61,675 nt of DNA from Flavobacteriales bacterium (GTDB lineage: Bacteria > Bacteroidota > Bacteroidia > Palsa-965): the NCBI GenBank assembly GCA_040377305.1, contig JBEIPA010000030.1, forward strand, positions 1-61,675, in the 5' to 3' direction. The position numbers and the translations under genes are program-made. The notes beneath the pieces were generated by a model. That model did no database searches. It saw only the letters and a list, made by a program, of their open reading frames with translations, and was not told the origin of the DNA. Numbering within the stretch: position 1 is the stretch's first letter; each line of letters opens with the position of its first letter. Shown piece after piece: positions 59,319 to 61,675 of the stretch.

Positions 59319-61675
59319 GGTCGGGTATTTCGAATGAATAGGTCAGTCCATTTTCATTGATGATCGTATAACTCGCTTCCATCTGCCGCGAAAAAATATC
59401 GATGAGGCGTTGTCCGAGACCTTGTCCTTTCCTGTTTTCATTGATGCCGGAACCGTTATCGCTGATGGTATATTCGAAAAAGCTTTTTGCAGCAATGTAC
59501 TTCAACCGTATGCTGACGATGGGAAGGGGCGTTTTTTCAAAAGCATATTTGATTGAATTGCTCACCACCTCAGAAGTAATCATCCCAAGGGCTACGCTGT
59601 CATTCACATTAAATTTTATGTCATCAATATCCAGTTGGAAGGTGACCGGTGCTTCCTGATCGTATACCAGTTCTTTCAACTTTGCGATCAGTTCGTGCAG
59701 GTACTCTTTGATGTGAACAAACTCCAGTTTGTCTTTGTTATACAACATTTCATGCACCAGCGTCATGGAATTGATCCGGAGAGAGGTGTTTTTCAGCACC
59801 GCTTTGTTCTTTTCATCTTTCATCGAGTTGATCTGCATCTGCAGCATGGCTGCGATGAACTGCAGGTTGTTCTTTACACGATGATGCACTTCCTGCAGCA
59901 AGGCGGTTTGTTCGGCCAGTGATTCGCGCAGCTCCCTTGTCCGCTCGCTCACTGTGTCTTCCAGGCGTTCGTTTTCTATACTGATCTTGCGAATGCGGTA
60001 ACGGAAATACAGGAACACCAGCAGGATGATGAAAAGAACACCGCCGCTGATAAACCACCAGGAGAGATAGAATGGCGGCAACACACGCAGTTCTATCCGC
60101 AACGGCTTACTGCTCCATGTACCATCTGAATGCTGGGCGTTGACAACAAGTGTGTACGTTCCATAGGGCAGATTCGCGAGATTGATCTGTCCGTCGTACG
60201 AATAATTTTTCTTGTTGTCCAGTCCTTCAATCTCATAGACGTAAAGGTGCACGCGTGGCTGCAGGTCGAGCAGCAAAACAGATAAACTCAGATTCCTGCT
60301 TTCATCACTTAATTCAAGATAGTTGAGGTTACGGTACTCTTCGGAAACATCTTCTTGCTGATTGGTTGCCGCGTTGAACTTTTTCAGACTACGGATGATA
60401 AATGGATACTCCACGGAAGCTACTTGATCTGAGAACTGAAGCGGATCAAAATGAACGCAGCCGTCGATGGTACCGAACCAGAGATTTCCCTGCTCGTCTT
60501 TAAAACTCGAACTCCGGTTGAATTCCATGTGCTGGAGTCCATCTGCAGTGTTGTACACTCTTGCGCGCTTGTTGATTTTATCGAAGCACGCAAGACCGAA
60601 GTCTGTGCTGATCCAGAGTTTGCCGGACCGGTCTTCTTCGATGCGGCATAATTTCACGGACAGAAATCCTTCGTCGATACCAAAGTTTTCAAACGTGTTC
60701 GTCTTCTGGTCCCATCGGAACAGGCCTTCCTGCGGCGTGGCAAACCACCATGTGCCGTCCTTGTCGATATGCAGATCGTTGATCCCGCTGAAAGGTAGTT
60801 GATGACCCGGTTTCGCGTCCTTTCCAAAAAAGTCAATGATCTTCCCTTCCTTGCTGACTATATAAATTCCATTGTCAGCCACACATACAATCTGCTTCTG
60901 CGCATTTTCGAAAATTCTGTATACAAGAGCCGGCACAGGAAAAGTACCGTGATCGAGATGTTGAATGCTGTTGGAGGTTTGGTCGTAGATATCGAGATTC
61001 TTCGTGCAACCCAGTAGTATGCGTTTTCCTGACAACGGGAACATACTCCAGATCTCATCGCTGATCGATTGCGTTTTATAATTGAATTTCTCCGTTATAA
61101 AATCAAAAGTGTGCAGGTTGAAAGAACCGAGCCATAAAGTACTGTCGGCAAACAGGGAAGAATGGTTGTAATCGTTCGGAATGCGAAACGTTTTTCCGTT
61201 ATACGCGATGTTGATGTGCGTAAAAAGTGAGACGACAGAAAACCTGGCATTGGAAAATATGCCTCTGGCCGATTGATAGCCGGTTATCGTTTCCTGGGCG
61301 GCCGAATACAGCGGATGAAAATATTTTTCGGTAATACTAATTTTCAACAAGCCTTCCGTAGTGGCGAGCCAGTAATAACCGTACCTGTCGCGAAACAGGT
61401 GCAAAAGGGTGGCTCTTTGCAATGCATCTGAATCGGTTGAATCAATGATGCTGATCGCGCCGCGTTCCGGCGAGTAGAGCGAAATAAAATGACGGTCATT
61501 GATTTCAACTCCGTAAAAATTATTCGAATAGTTATTCGAAAGACGAAAGGTGTAATTTCCAAGTACACCTGTTTTATTCCCCAGCAAGCGGACATCACCG
61601 TTCATGCCGATGAAATAAAAATGAAAATGCCCGTTGTCGTCATTGCGGCCAATGACGTACCCGCTGGAATCACGG
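59296..61675 (-). CDS. Sensor histidine kinase (HisKA_2/HWE-like) with beta-propeller and Y_Y_Y domain, probably 5'-truncated by window end
   Basis: EVHHRVKNNLQ, EVVSNSIKYAF, DNGSG; propeller repeats; no signal peptide within the window. Confidence 0.88.
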   Translation of the reverse strand, partial: RDSSGYVIGRNDDNGHFHFYFIGMNGDVRLLGNKTGVLGNYTFRLSNNYSNNFYGVEINDRHFISLYSPERGAISIIDSTDSDALQRATLLHLFRDRYGYYWLATTEGLLKISITEKYFHPLYSAAQETITGYQSARGIFSNARFSVVSLFTHINIAYNGKTFRIPNDYNHSSLFADSTLWLGSFNLHTFDFITEKFNYKTQSISDEIWSMFPLSGKRILLGCTKNLDIYDQTSNSIQHLDHGTFPVPALVYRIFENAQKQIVCVADNGIYIVSKEGKIIDFFGKDAKPGHQLPFSGINDLHIDKDGTWWFATPQEGLFRWDQKTNTFENFGIDEGFLSVKLCRIEEDRSGKLWISTDFGLACFDKINKRARVYNTADGLQHMEFNRSSSFKDEQGNLWFGTIDGCVHFDPLQFSDQVASVEYPFIIRSLKKFNAATNQQEDVSEEYRNLNYLELSDESRNLSLSVLLLDLQPRVHLYVYEIEGLDNKKNYSYDGQINLANLPYGTYTLVVNAQHSDGTWSSKPLRIELRVLPPFYLSWWFISGGVLFIILLVFLYFRYRIRKISIENERLEDTVSERTRELRESLAEQTALLQEVHHRVKNNLQFIAAMLQMQINSMKDEKNKAVLKNTSLRINSMTLVHEMLYNKDKLEFVHIKEYLHELIAKLKELVYDQEAPVTFQLDIDDIKFNVNDSVALGMITSEVVSNSIKYAFEKTPLPIVSIRLKYIAAKSFFEYTISDNGSGINENRKGQGLGQRLIDIFSRQMEASYTIINENGLTYSFEIPDHANKQPL

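Overview
The window looks like Bacteroidota chromosomal DNA, based on T9SS C-terminal-domain proteins, lipoprotein signal peptides, TAnnTTTG-type -7 promoter boxes and MbnP/GH92 genes. No rRNA, tRNA, CRISPR array or transposase was seen. About 50 CDSs cover transport, three cobalamin-dependent radical SAM enzymes with methyltransferases and a nucleotidyltransferase, N-glycan catabolism, an MbnP metal-uptake locus, stress genes, four two-component systems and four T9SS cargo proteins. The standout is 48247-54816. A four-gene signalling cassette precedes a RiPP operon whose 112-aa precursor has almost no leader and four tandem DCCWxxxxTTGC[S/T] cores. The precursor is followed by an APH-type kinase, a HopA1-type lyase and a stand-alone LanC cyclase, which points to a multi-core, class V-like lanthipeptide system with no LanD, protease or transporter. 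Secondary observations are several families of 150-190 bp palindromic intergenic elements, a candidate sRNA, LytTR/AraC/LuxR operator repeats and a recurring leaderless-mRNA signature. All family calls come from motif recognition by eye, not database searches.
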